DNA from: an uncultured virus (IMG/VR IMGVR_UViG_3300023292_000006)
Lineage: Duplodnaviria; Heunggongvirae; Uroviricota; Caudoviricetes
Strand: one strand, 5' to 3'
DNA: 64,000 nt
Virus record (IMG/VR): IMGVR_UViG_3300023292_000006
The notes under the pieces are model-generated. The model saw only the letters and a program-made list of their open reading frames with translations, had not been told where the DNA came from and did not search any database. A program made the translations under genes and the position numbers. The number at the start of each line of letters is the position of its first letter. Position 1 is the stretch's first letter. Below, one piece after another: positions 41,782-53,436 of this stretch.

Positions 41782-42417
41782 GTTTTATTATATGATCTTC
41801 CATGCAGTCACCAATATGTACATTCACACAATTAATATGAAACCATAAATCTACCCGTTTATTAGAAATATGGACTTTTCTCATAACCATCGCTTCAGCG
41901 TTACGCTCAATTTCTTGATTACACAATCTACATACTCTCGGTCGATTAGATCCAATTATCTCAACTTTTTTTTTTCATCATGTAATTTTACCAAACTCAA
42001 TATTATATCGTCCACATACAATCCTATATGCGATAGTGGTATCATCAGGATATACTAGCTTACAAAAAGAAAGTTTAAGATAATGTTTAGTATCATTAGA
42101 ATCGGTTATCCACCATAATCCGTCACTTGATATATTTATTTTTACTAACCATCTTCTAAATATAAATTTCTTATCTCTCATTTAGAGCCTCGTTTCTTAC
42201 CTTTATTAAGTTTATAACTAAATAAATACAATAATGTAATAGGCCATATTATACCACTAATAATAGCAAACCATAATCCTCTGGTCTTACTAGTGAAATA
42301 TAATTGGCCAACCTCGAATATAGTAATGGATATTAAACATGCCATAAATGAATTCAAACCAATAACTGCGATTATAAATAAGATATCAGCTATCATATAT
42401 TTGTTCCTCCTTTATTT

Positions 42418-42615
42418 TTATTGGTCAACGATATAATGATAATCATTAGTAAGACCAACATTAGTACATGTGAATGAATTAAAAGATATATGTAGGTATA
42501 ATCTATGACATATGTTGCATGTTTTAGTTCTTTTAGATATCCATCCATTACACCTAATACTTAAACATCTAATCATATCAGGGTCGAGTTCATTAATGAT
42601 ATCTTCAGCTAACAC
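42418..42615 (-). CDS. DPD-leader Zn-finger family (GW subfamily)
   Basis: DIINELDPDMIRC..CNGW..CNIC. Confidence 0.8.
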   Translation of the reverse strand: MLAEDIINELDPDMIRCLSIRCNGWISKRTKTCNICHRLYLHISFNSFTCTNVGLTNDYHYIVDQ

Positions 42616-42805
42616 ACTTAACCTCCGTTAAACTGATGACATTAGTAACAATTGGTATATAACGTCCATATATAAACCTAGACTGTTCCCTACCGCAGGT
42701 AGCGCAAATATTAGTAGTTAGAGGCACCCATCCTACGCAACGCGTAAAGTTGCATTTTTTCAGAGTAGGATCCACGGTGTTAATAATTTCTTCAGCATTC
42801 ATCAA
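42605..42805 (-). CDS. DPD-leader Zn-finger family (GW subfamily)
   Basis: EIINTVDPTLKKC..CVGW..CATC. Confidence 0.8.
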   Translation of the reverse strand: MMNAEEIINTVDPTLKKCNFTRCVGWVPLTTNICATCGREQSRFIYGRYIPIVTNVISLTEVKCVS

Positions 42806-42989
42806 ACTTCAACTTTCTTAGTATCAACACAGCTTTAAGTGGGTCTGTGTTAACTGATAAATATCTACCGCATTCACTACAAAAAGTATAATTATTATAT
42901 TTACCCCTTATGATACTACCTATACATCCAGGTACTGGACAATCAGCTATATCAGGATCTATTTTATTAACAATCTCTTCAGCAGTCAT
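42792..42989 (-). CDS. DPD-leader Zn-finger family (GW subfamily)
   Basis: EIVNKIDPDIADC..CIG..CSEC. Confidence 0.8.
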   Translation of the reverse strand: MTAEEIVNKIDPDIADCPVPGCIGSIIRGKYNNYTFCSECGRYLSVNTDPLKAVLILRKLKFDEC

Positions 42990-43170
42990 TATATTCCTTA
43001 AAATGTGGAGTTGTTGCAGCTAATCTAACAATGTTATCTCGACCAACCCATTTAACAAAAACTGTGTGACATTTATTACATTCCATAGTATTTATCGATA
43101 CCCAACCATTACATTTTCTACAATGAAAGATAGTAGGATCTATTTCATTTATAAGATCTTTATTGGTCAT
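42979..43170 (-). CDS. DPD-leader Zn-finger family (GW subfamily)
   Basis: DLINEIDPTIFHCRKCNGW..CNKC. Confidence 0.8.
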   Translation of the reverse strand: MTNKDLINEIDPTIFHCRKCNGWVSINTMECNKCHTVFVKWVGRDNIVRLAATTPHFKEYNDC

Positions 43171-43400
43171 TATAGTATCCTTGCATTATTGGGATCAAGG
43201 TTTCCGATATAGAATTGCTTTTGCCCAACTTTATTAATCCATATAGAATATTGACGAAAACATTTATCACAGTGTAACGTATGGGTTGCTTCATCAATAA
43301 AAGTCTTATCTACATATCCAGAACAACCAGCATGGATACACTTAAAGAAATCCGGGTCCAATTCCTTTATGAGTTTTTTAACAATCATAACCACCACCAA
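43170..43400 (-). CDS. DPD-leader Zn-finger family (GW subfamily)
   Basis: KLIKELDPDFFKC..CSGY..CDKC. Confidence 0.8.
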   Translation of the reverse strand: MVVVMIVKKLIKELDPDFFKCIHAGCSGYVDKTFIDEATHTLHCDKCFRQYSIWINKVGQKQFYIGNLDPNNARIL

Positions 43401-43602
43401 ATCCTTTTATACCTTTCTTAGCCCAAGATAGATGCCTTACCCCGAATTGGTCTGTCCATTCATTAAATATTCGTTTACACCTATCACATACCATAGTTTC
43501 CCTATCTACCCAACCAGGATAACACTTACACTTAAAGATGGTAGGGTCGAGTTTCTTTTGTTCTTTCTTTAGACCTACGTATGTCATAAATTGCTTTAGC
43601 AT
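43378..43602 (-). CDS. DPD-leader Zn-finger family (GW subfamily)
   Basis: KKLDPTIFKCKCYPGW..CDRC. Confidence 0.75.
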   Translation of the reverse strand: MLKQFMTYVGLKKEQKKLDPTIFKCKCYPGWVDRETMVCDRCKRIFNEWTDQFGVRHLSWAKKGIKGFGGGYDC

Positions 43603-44353
43603 TTTTTATCCTCTCTCATACTTGGCGTCGTTTTCACAACCTCTACAAATCCCGCCCCTAGCCATATTTCTTTTGGCAACGTCTGCCTCGCAGATAGAAC
43701 ATTGTTGAGTAGTCTCCATTTTCTCATCCTCTTTTAATTCACCTTCTGTTGCTAACCCTTTGCATGTAATACAGAAACGTGAGTTGTTGTTATTAATCAC
43801 TTTAAAACATACCTTACAACGGTTCTTTCTCTTAGTAACCATCTCTCCCCCTTTTTCCCTTTTCAAATACCAAAAATACCAAAAAATTTATTTTTCATAT
43901 ACATCTCAAAAAAAGACCTTTCTCAAATCAAAAAAACATATATATCCCGCTCGGCCCCTAGGCGAACTCCTATTAGGGGTAGCCGTTACAAGCCATATGT
44001 TTCAAACTGGTAGGTTTATACCGTGCCCACATAAAACTATACAAAAAAAGAATCAATACTATCAACTACCCAAAGAAAGATGAGTATTTAATCTTCGTAT
44101 GCTTTTGATTCTTTGTTCTAGTACAATCTTTGATCCATCTGTCACAGTACCCACCCAACGGTTGCCTACCTATAACTCATGTTTACGTCACTAATAGCAC
44201 ATGATGTATAGTTTACTATGGTATTTATTCATTAGTACTACATTAACCATCTTTAACCTACCTCATAGATAGAACGAGGGATACACACAACCTATTGACT
44301 AGATCATGCATACCCCTCTACCTTTAACAATACTTCTGGGTTCTATCCCTTAA

Positions 44354-45655
44354 CTATGATGCATCTATCACCTCCGCGTTATGGGTTACTGTTTTATCTA
44401 TTAACATTTCCATTCCTACATATGGACCATTATGGCATGTATCTATATAATCTCTCACTAGACCAAAGACCCTATTAGAGTCTTCTAATGATTTAACGAG
44501 TTCTGAGATAGGTCGTCTTTCCCTACCACATGTTAAACATATAAGATTATCCTTTTTGAATTTAATAATTTCACTTTTTATTCTAGCTGCAGACCATACT
44601 AATCTATCTCTTTTAGTAGGAACATAATCAGGTGATATAGCAGCATAAGCCCAGTTATTAATAGTAGGGAAACAAAAATAACTATCATCTACTTTTAGTG
44701 CTGCATAATCTTTTTCATTAAAGGACCTATCACCAACTATATTTATAGCCTTATCAGATAATGATAAAGGACTAGTATCTTCTGGTCCCATATAATCACT
44801 AGGAATATGTCCTAATGTAGATACATCGTCTTTCTTAATATTTTTTAAATTTAGTATATGTTGAATTAGATCATCCCATTTATGCTTCATCCCATCTATG
44901 GTAATATCATCTATATCATCTAATACATCACCTATACCGGACCTGTCTGATATATCACTCATTATAGCAGAGATGATCATTTGACTGGTACCTAGCGTAG
45001 ACATAGCCTCTTTCTCAGTTATAAGAACTGTATGTCCTGATGGAGGATCCATAGAGTAAGGCATAATCCATCCACACTCTGGACACATTGGTACTGTATC
45101 AGAAGGAAGTATACTATGACATGATGGGCAAAACTCAGTCATTGATGGATGAGCCGATTCGTCGGCGACATCTTTGTTCTTATGTTCTGCAGTCTTTTTA
45201 ATCTTATTCTTAGTTAAGCTAGACACTTGTGATAGAATGTCCTCTGCATCTGATAATAGTTTCTTGAGTTTAATGACTTCCGCTGCTAGGTCATCCCGTT
45301 GTTTAATAACTGGGATTCTCTGAGTAATGTTACCCATAGCTCTATCACATAAGCCCCATATCTCATGGTTGGTAGTCAAGTTTTGTACCCGCTTAAACTC
45401 ATCCCTCATCAAGTCTACCATGTCAATAAGCTTTGAATGATTATCGTTGACTTCTTCTGGCTTCTTGAAAGATGATATCATCTCTATATAAATACTATCC
45501 ATTAACTTGAATTTGTTTTCGTTGTCTAGTCGTGAGATCAGAGTATTGATAGTGACTGTACCTCCCTCATTACTATCTAATATCTCTGTCGTTAATAGAT
45601 CATCTAATGTTAACGAATCTTTTGGTGGACGTGGTGTAACTATATCTTTTGTCAT
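44354..45655 (-). CDS. Hypothetical mosaic protein with coiled coil and Zn ribbon
   Basis: 433 aa; CPSC..CPECG. Confidence 0.5.
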   Translation of the reverse strand: MTKDIVTPRPPKDSLTLDDLLTTEILDSNEGGTVTINTLISRLDNENKFKLMDSIYIEMISSFKKPEEVNDNHSKLIDMVDLMRDEFKRVQNLTTNHEIWGLCDRAMGNITQRIPVIKQRDDLAAEVIKLKKLLSDAEDILSQVSSLTKNKIKKTAEHKNKDVADESAHPSMTEFCPSCHSILPSDTVPMCPECGWIMPYSMDPPSGHTVLITEKEAMSTLGTSQMIISAIMSDISDRSGIGDVLDDIDDITIDGMKHKWDDLIQHILNLKNIKKDDVSTLGHIPSDYMGPEDTSPLSLSDKAINIVGDRSFNEKDYAALKVDDSYFCFPTINNWAYAAISPDYVPTKRDRLVWSAARIKSEIIKFKKDNLICLTCGRERRPISELVKSLEDSNRVFGLVRDYIDTCHNGPYVGMEMLIDKTVTHNAEVIDAS

Positions 45656-45949
45656 TGTTTTTCCTTGTTGTTGTGAATTAAATCATGCTGGCCCTATGTA
45701 AAACCGTATCGTTCTTATGAAAAGTCATCCTTTACGTAAGATTTAGTCTTTATTTTGTAATCCGCCATTCTTTATTGTGTCACGTATGACATATATTGTA
45801 TACCATATCAGTAAAAGAAACACAATAATTGATAATACTGCCTCCACAGAACCAATATCTTCGTTAAAAAATTGTTTTGTCACGGCGCTAATGTTGGTTG
45901 TAGACAAAAACATTCGATTAAGTAATGTTGCGATCATCATACCCCTATA

Positions 45950-46830
45950 GTTTTATGTATTGTTAGTCAAAATCTGTTAGTGTATTGTTACCTTTATATA
46001 GAAACGGTTTAAGATCTGTTAGTGTTAATGGTAAGTAGACATGGATCTGTGCTAAGTTGTGATAGAACTGTGCTAAGTGATGAAAAGATGCTGCAAGGAA
46101 GGTTAAAGCATGATTAGTGATGGATTAGTGGTGAGTAGAGTATTTTAAAATAATTTTATTGTGTTAGTGCTAAGAAGGACCCGCTCCTACATCGTTACTT
46201 CTCACTTTCCACTACCTTCGAATGTTCATTAATAATTCTACCTTACCTCACCACCACATCTACCCATTCTTTAACTTACTATAAAGTAATCACCCACTTT
46301 AACCATCCTTTTATACCTCCTTAACCATCCGTTTTACACCAGCAAAAGATACTGCATCTTAATCTATACTTTACTTCCTTTCCAATAACTTACACTTATC
46401 TTTCTTTTTACATTTTCTACCATAACTCATACATGGTAGAATCTATCTCATTACAAAGTAATGACCTCCCAGACTAAGTTACACAGAATATATATACCCT
46501 AGTATACTATACTCTACACAACTTGCCTAGGAGTCTTACATTGGTCACTAATCTAATCATTAATACCTCTAAATTTGAGAACTGAAAAAATGAGATATGG
46601 TTTTAGTACCTTTAAGAGTTTTAGAACACAATGAACACTCATAATCAAACTCATTAAGAGAATCAGTAATCATCTCCTTTATCTCTATCTACAAAGGACC
46701 ATGAGTCTATCCCTAATCTTTGACACATCTCTAATGGAATTTGGATGCTTTCTTTTTTCACTTATCTTCCTTTCTAATAACCGGGTTTTTATAATTGAAT
46801 AGGTAGTAATTGTCCTATCATATCTTATAC
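45950..46830. other. Long non-coding region with abrupt G/T-rich to C-rich switch and short direct repeats (candidate origin or genome terminus)
   Basis: No ORF of 60 aa or more; ATCTGTTAGTGT x2, CTGTGCTAAGT x2, TTAACCATCC x2; switch near 46180. Confidence 0.45.
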
Positions 46831-46835
46831 TCTTT

Positions 46836-47051
46836 TCATTGTTTCCTCTTATTGCAATAATCTTCTAGTATCTTTTGTTTGGTTTGGTTCTCTAAGTCTA
46901 CATCTCTTCTATAACATTCCCAGCATTCATAAACCTTATGATAGTCCTTTACATCTATTTCCCTAGTATCTTTCTTATCCCAATATTTGTGACATCTATA
47001 GCATTTGACCCTATCTGGATCTAGTTGGTCTATGATATCTTGGTTATTCAT
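46836..47051 (-). CDS. DPD-leader Zn-finger family
   Basis: QDIIDQLDPDRVKCYRC..CWEC. Confidence 0.8.
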   Translation of the reverse strand: MNNQDIIDQLDPDRVKCYRCHKYWDKKDTREIDVKDYHKVYECWECYRRDVDLENQTKQKILEDYCNKRKQ

Positions 47052-47178
47052 ATCTTCTTTCTTTTGAACTTAGATCATTTTAAGAATTGGGAATTCATCT
47101 ATTCATTTGAATATGACTATTAGTAGTTAAGTAAGAAACTAACTCTGTCTCTTTACTTTCTGGTAACTGGGTTTTATA

Positions 47179-47376
47179 CTATCTATTCCCGTAATGATTA
47201 TCCCAGTACTCTTTTTCTCTCTTACTACTTGGTGTTTCATCTTCTACTTTACCTGTACCGTTACAATATGGGCAATCATAAGATGTTGGGTTATCATGTG
47301 GAATCCATATCCCATCACGATCATAATCACCATTATCCCATATTTTACCTTTTCCATGACACTCTGGACATTTCAT
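47179..47376 (-). CDS. DnaJ-type CxxCxGxG zinc-finger microprotein
   Basis: CPECHGKG and CPYCNGTG; AAGGAG RBS. Confidence 0.7.
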   Translation of the reverse strand: MKCPECHGKGKIWDNGDYDRDGIWIPHDNPTSYDCPYCNGTGKVEDETPSSKREKEYWDNHYGNR

Positions 47377-47392
47377 CTATTCTCCTTTAATT

Positions 47393-47407
47393 TGGTAACC
47401 GGGTTTT
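47393..47407 (-). promoter_or_regulatory. Repeated intergenic motif AAAACCCGGTTAYYA (other copies at 46775-46789, 47161-47175; degenerate near 48130-48145)
   Basis: Near-identical 15-mers in consecutive intergenic gaps. Confidence 0.45.
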
Positions 47408-48172
47408 TCTTTTAGAACTTATTCAATAACCATCCTATGTCTCTTAATAGGAATCTTAATCCTAAATATATCCAAGATACAACAATAATTATCTTTAGCT
47501 TCCTAGACATACTATCATAAATTGAAACTAACATGTCTCCTATTTTACTCATTATAATCTCCTTATTCTTTTCAACTCACTCATGTTTTATACATTTAAT
47601 ATGCCATATCGGTATTAGTAACAATCAAATCACCTTCTGTTACGACACCTTGGTTCCTTAACCAATTAACAATCCAATCAAAAGGAATTATTAAGTATTT
47701 TTTATTCTCATAGTCTTTCTTTTCTGAATTTCTTTGTATGAAATCTAGAGATATATTTTCTTCCCATATGTCAAAAGTTTCATCGGTTGAAACATAAATG
47801 ACATGATCTTTTTCATGTTCGAATGTATGCTCTGCATAATACTCTACTTCATATGTGGGCTTATCATTAAATACAGAATTCCATACTCTACCATTGGATC
47901 CATTCCATTTAGTCCTCTCGTTAAATTCCTTAAAAATATCATCCATTCTATAAGCAATTATCGTATTACCTTTAATCATATCTTAATCCTTTGATGGTTC
48001 ATACTCTCTAAAACGTTTATAATCTTTGATAGACATAATTTTAGTCATCTTCTTATCTTTTCTCATCCATCGTTGAGTTAATCTAAGCTTCTTTCTTTGA
48101 TTCCTTGTCATTTCTTAATCTCCTTTACTTTCTAATCTCCGGTTTGTTATTGATGGAACATATAGTATAAAA

Positions 48173-48365
48173 ATGGGGATTCTATTCCGAGCAGCCGATC
48201 AAGTATATAGAATCCCCATCTGGTTATCATGAGTCGTTACGTTGTACTACCTAACCAGGAAGTGTACTGGAAGGACATGCTATCGTAGCATGATACACAC
48301 AGAGAGGCACAACTCATCTACACCTCGAGCAGAAAATAACGTCTTCATCCAATGGATGGCTTGAA
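48173..48365 (-). ncRNA. Candidate structured RNA with several hairpins, a kissing-loop pair and an intrinsic terminator
   Basis: 13-bp stem 48173-48185/48207-48219 + U-tract; stems CTGGTTA/TAACCAG, CATGCTA/TAGCATG, GAGGU/GCCUC; complementary loops. Confidence 0.45.
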
Positions 48366-49626
48366 TCTTTTCATACCACTATCTTCATCCCCCAATCATC
48401 AGATGATTTGATTGATAGTACTTTAGTCATGACTTCTTCCCAGAAGTATTGTTTGTCATGTTCTTCACTATCTAAAGAGTCATTGAACTCTTCTATACAT
48501 GATGGGTGTAACTTATCAAATATGGCAATCTTTTCTGTATTCGTATACTTATCTAATGATTTCATATTTTTACTTGATTCCTTAGATATTTCCGTACATT
48601 CTTTTCATGGTTGATACTTTATCAGTTCCCTTCTCTAATGCTTCTACTTGCTTGTGAATGGATTTAAAACAATTAGTTGCTAATTCAACATCATCATTCT
48701 CTACTCCCTTTGTGAAGTATATACCATCTAAGAGTAGATATAGATCAGTTGGACCTAGCTCTAAGTTATCATCTTTTAACTCTATACGATGAGCTACCTC
48801 GTAAATAGGACATGTTATCCATAGACTTGCTAGGACCTTATCTCTCCTAGTGAACTTCTTTGTCTTGGATGCTAATTTTAATGCTTCCATCCAGTACATC
48901 TTTACTTAACTCCTTTTAAGCTTCCTTCTTCTTAACAAGATTTTCTATGAATTGTTTCTTAATATCCTCAGGTGCATCTTTACCCAGTCGACCATCAGTG
49001 ACTTTAGACTTAACTGTTTTTAGAGCTTCTATTCCAATATCTGGTGATAAAATACCATCGCCTATCGCATCTTCAATTTTTTTAACTGATCGCTCCACCA
49101 TGACCAAATCCATCAACCCATCAATCTCGTCTATCACTGATTGTTTTGGTGTGTTTGGACAATCTCCTATGTATCTACTGTGGCTCATTTAACCTCCTTG
49201 TGTGTCATAAATCCATCCCTCATACCCATTAGATTACTTGCCGCCTTATGAAGTCGGCGTATACGACTTTGATAATTTTTACATTGATCTTTGTATTTAT
49301 CTCTATCTTTAATGAGTGCTTCTATCTCAGTATCAGTCATTTCATTCTTTCTATGTTGGTTGAACCTCTAGAGGTTTAGTTAAGATTTCCTCTCGCTCCT
49401 CTTGATCTTCACTAGACAATGGTTTTATTGCCTTATCTTCTTGAGGTAGTTTCGTCCAACTAACTGCTAACTTGCCCCGTTTCGAATCAGTCAATACAAA
49501 ATGACCGTCTACTGTTATAGGTTCCCTTACAAATGTAGCATCCCCATCTATACAGAAAGCTTCTTTGAGGAACTTACATATATCTTCTACCATTTCTTTA
49601 TCATCCATTATCTTTCTATCTTTCTT

Positions 49627-49812
49627 TTAAGGAGAATCTTCATTAATCAATACATTACTACACTCAAACCCATTAAGACATATATAAAATAATCTCTCAT
49701 CTACATTATCTTTGAGGTATGAACTCAACTTATATAATGGGTAATATTGGTTACATGCCATACATTTTGCTTTATCAGGATCTAATTCGTTTATAAGATC
49801 TTGTGTATCCAT
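49627..49812 (-). CDS. DPD-leader Zn-finger family
   Basis: QDLINELDPDKAKCMAC..C.....C. Confidence 0.8.
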   Translation of the reverse strand: MDTQDLINELDPDKAKCMACNQYYPLYKLSSYLKDNVDERLFYICLNGFECSNVLINEDSP

Positions 49813-50118
49813 TAGTTAGTAACATTCCTGAAATAGATCAGACTCGAATAGTTCATCACACCGTGGGTCATCCCATGTATCAAATTGTCCACAACAATCA
49901 GTTAGGAATGGCTCAGCATTTAGATTGGGTTCTCGACGTACCTCTGTTAGTACATGTACTATTTCTAAACTTGTCATTTCTTTTAGGCGCTTTACAATGC
50001 TGTTAATATCCATGATTTCACCTGCACCTTTGTCACGGTATGTATATGTTCCAAATTGTTTTAACGCTAACTTGATCTCTGTAATTATCTCGGTTGCTGT
50101 TATCATAATACGTTTCCT

Positions 50119-50274
50119 TTAATCGGTTATTATATCTACAAATGCATCTATACATAATTTGCATAAACATACATCAGTAAAGATATCTATCTTATCTTTT
50201 GTGAATTGTTTATGACAATCACTACATTCATATATGTCTGGATCTAGTATGTCTATTATGTCTTGTTTATCCAT
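50119..50274 (-). CDS. DPD-leader Zn-finger family (51 aa, not in the ORF track)
   Basis: Hand translation MDKQDIIDILDPDIYECSDC..CKLC. Confidence 0.8.
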   Translation of the reverse strand: MDKQDIIDILDPDIYECSDCHKQFTKDKIDIFTDVCLCKLCIDAFVDIITD

Positions 50275-50440
50275 TAGGTAACCCATTTACCCAGTTCTCA
50301 TGACAATTGATACAAGTAGGCTTACTCTTATCGGGAGCTACATATATCAATAGTGCATCATTTATATGAATGTATTCCTTGCATATATAACATATTACCA
50401 TATCTGGATCTAGCTCATCTATGAGAGTTTGTTTATTCAA
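50267..50440 (-). CDS. DPD-leader Zn-finger family (57 aa, TTG start, not in the ORF track)
   Basis: Hand translation MNKQTLIDELDPDMVICYIC..CINC. Confidence 0.75.
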   Translation of the reverse strand: MNKQTLIDELDPDMVICYICKEYIHINDALLIYVAPDKSKPTCINCHENWVNGLPNG

Positions 50441-52412
50441 AGGGAGGAGCCTTGGGAAGTTTCATCCAATGAGTTATCTTTTCCGGCTCTAAAGCATAAC
50501 GCATTCCCTTTGCTACCCATCCATTACCCTTATAAGTAGCAATCTGATTGCCATAACGCCCGTATGTCATGACAAACACCCCTATCACCGGAGTTTCATC
50601 ATTGACCGATATCCAAGTATCCATACTACCTCCTATTGTTTCTGCGAGCTTTCCTTTTATCACTACGCTTCTTCTTATCAGCCTTTTGTTTCTTCATCCT
50701 ACCCATGGCCCGACTTCCCCCACCAAGATATGCACTGATACAAGTCTTCCATCCACTTTTTTTCTTTAATGCTTTATTCATCTCACTCTCCTATTAGATC
50801 TTTAAACTCACATGGTATGGTCCAGCTAGTCCATGATTGAGTTTTAGTAGACCATCCGCTACTTTTATGTTGTCCATTATGTGAAGATATCCATCGTTTA
50901 ATATCTCCAATAGCTTCTGCTTGATCATAGTGGGATGTCCCACTATAGAATATAATCTCCGTGGTATGGAAACATGATCTTACTCCTGCTCCACTGAATA
51001 GCCCATCCTCATTCACGAGGATATGATTATTATGCTCATTCTTGAATACACTTAGCATATTATTTAAACCTTCCCTTCATATATCAATTGCCATAGACCA
51101 GCAGATACTTCATATTCAGTTTTAAATAGAATCTTATTTGGGTAGATTCTCTGAAGTTTCTTTCCTATTAGCCAGCAATCATATTTAGGATTATGCCAAT
51201 TCATTGAAGTATTGATCATTCGTCTAAGAATTGGTGATGGATCGTCTACATCGCCGAGGGGTGTACCTTTTAGTGATACACCGAACTCTTTTTTAATTTC
51301 TTTAACTAGTATCTTTAGGTTTTTATCTTTCATTGATCTTCCTCACCAATCTATATTAATTACGTAATCACCTGATTCAATCAATCCTCTACTATGTAGA
51401 TCATTGGCTATCATTTGAATATCTGGATAGAAATTCCTTTCCCACCACATATTTATTGTCCATGTATCATTATCTTCACCACTTAATAGTTGCTTAGGAT
51501 CTCTAGCCAACCACGCTTTAAAGCTGACTTGCATATCTGGATCGTTCACCCTCTCAGGTACAACATCCTTTTCAATATCATCACACTCTTCTGGTATTGT
51601 AATTGAATAGTGTCCGCGTTCTTTACAGTCATCCTGTTGTTGAAACGAGTAAGGTCTATCGTAAGTATCCTCTACTAGTTTATCCCAATCTGAGACTTCT
51701 ATCATATTCACATTATGTGTCGTTATCATTTTATCTCCCTTATGCTACTTTTAATTCATTTCTAATTAGGTCTGGTGCCAGGTCTATTCTTACTTCATCT
51801 AAAAGTACATCAAGATGGTGGGATTTAATAAACCATAGTAACTCTGCAACTTGACTTGTTTTCTTATAATAACTAGTCAGGAATCTTTTATTCTTGACAT
51901 AAGGTGCTCTACCTTTAGGTTTACATATCGTTGTCGGCCATGTAGCAACAGGTTGACCATCAATAATAAGACCATATTCCTGTAATGCTTTAATATCAAG
52001 AACCGCCAATTCAATAATCGAATAGATCAATGAATTGAATGGATCATATGCTTTAGTATTAGAACTACTAAGACATTCTTTCATTCCACTCCTTCTGTAT
52101 ATCTTTTCCGGTGGTGTACGTAGTTATGTTTGTATTTCCTTTTACCTATTCTGATGCTGGCGTGTCTCGGACATCCTACTTCACATCTTAGTGGTTTATC
52201 AGTCTTGGTTTCTATGACTGCAATGGGACAAGTCTATTACCTTCGGACCAAACTTTTTTTTAATGCATCTTCTACTGCCAATTTAAGTTCATCTAAAAGA
52301 TCCGAAGATGATACTTTAGTGTTCATATGTCCCACTTGAAAATGGTACTCTGTTCCAACTTTATAATTGGTTGGGTGACTACCGACCTTTAGTTGTATTG
52401 CTATGTTAGCCA

Positions 52413-52589
52413 TTATTTATCCCTTTTGGATAGGTGATTCGTATGATATAACACCCAATTTTCATTACATCTGGTGCATTCATTATCAAGTCTTCCCTCG
52501 AGTGGATCCAATCGGGAGAAGTACTTCTTACAGAATATACATTGAATCATATCTGGATCCAACTCGCCTATGATGTCTTGCTTATTCAT
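52413..52589 (-). CDS. DPD-leader Zn-finger family (58 aa, not in the ORF track)
   Basis: Hand translation MNKQDIIGELDPDMIQCIFC..CTRC. Confidence 0.8.
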   Translation of the reverse strand: MNKQDIIGELDPDMIQCIFCKKYFSRLDPLEGRLDNECTRCNENWVLYHTNHLSKRDK

Positions 52590-52984
52590 GCATCATTCTT
52601 GAATTTCTCTATAACATAATCCAATACCAATCTACTAGCAATCTCATAAGCCGATCTATGCTCTCTTGCACTAATATGTATGTCACCCATCCTATCAGCA
52701 ACTAATAGATGTTCCTCTGTTACTCGTAGGTTAGCGATAGCATTCTTTAACTCCGCGGTTGAGTTAAATCCCACAATCCTACCACAATCCTTTTCTTTCA
52801 TGAAAGCTATAAGTAATTTCTTGTTGCTGGGTGATGGAATACTTCTCCCACATTCCCATCTACTGATCGTCTTCTTACTCACCTTCAAATGTCTGCCCAA
52901 ATCTATTTGAGTTATTCCGTTAGCGCTTCTGAATATTACTAAATCTAAACCGTTAATTGACATCTCTGACTCCCATTTATCCAT
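52586..52984 (-). CDS. XRE-family HTH DNA-binding protein
   Basis: R...GITQIDLGRHLKVSKKTISRWECGRSIP. Confidence 0.85.
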   Translation of the reverse strand: MDKWESEMSINGLDLVIFRSANGITQIDLGRHLKVSKKTISRWECGRSIPSPSNKKLLIAFMKEKDCGRIVGFNSTAELKNAIANLRVTEEHLLVADRMGDIHISAREHRSAYEIASRLVLDYVIEKFKNDA

Positions 52985-53208
52985 TTTTAACTTTTCCGTT
53001 ATTAAAGAATGGTAATTTCTCCATCTCTATATCATCATACACTAATTTGGCAGAGCACATGGTTCCTGGTCTAAGAACTAATCCTCTACCATGCTCTTCT
53101 TTTAAGATTAGTAAGGCTTCTTTACTGGTCTTTTTCTTATTTGTCCCTACACATATTGCTTCTAGACCCCTCGGCCATATCATTGATGCTAACCATAAAT
53201 GTTTCATA

Positions 53209-53436
53209 TTAATAATCCTTCGGTGTCGTTACTATACTCTCAGTATGCCCAACTTTTACTTGGCATGATGCACATATATTAATGTGTCCATTTGAGTCAG
53301 CATACCCTGATAAACCAAATATCTTCTCTGCATCTATTGTATACATACCAGACTTGGGTCGATATAGTTTACATCTAGTACATTGAAACTTATCTGGGTC
53401 TAACATATCTATGAATCGTTGCTTATCCATCTCCAC
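53209..53436 (-). CDS. DPD-leader Zn-finger family
   Basis: RFIDMLDPDKFQCTRC..CASC. Confidence 0.8.
   Translation of the reverse strand: MEMDKQRFIDMLDPDKFQCTRCKLYRPKSGMYTIDAEKIFGLSGYADSNGHINICASCQVKVGHTESIVTTPKDY

Noticed and set aside
43940..44350. GC-richer hairpins in a non-coding gap as a tRNA or known ncRNA
   Set aside because: No cloverleaf, T-loop GTTC or CCA pattern; the stems are short and imperfect.
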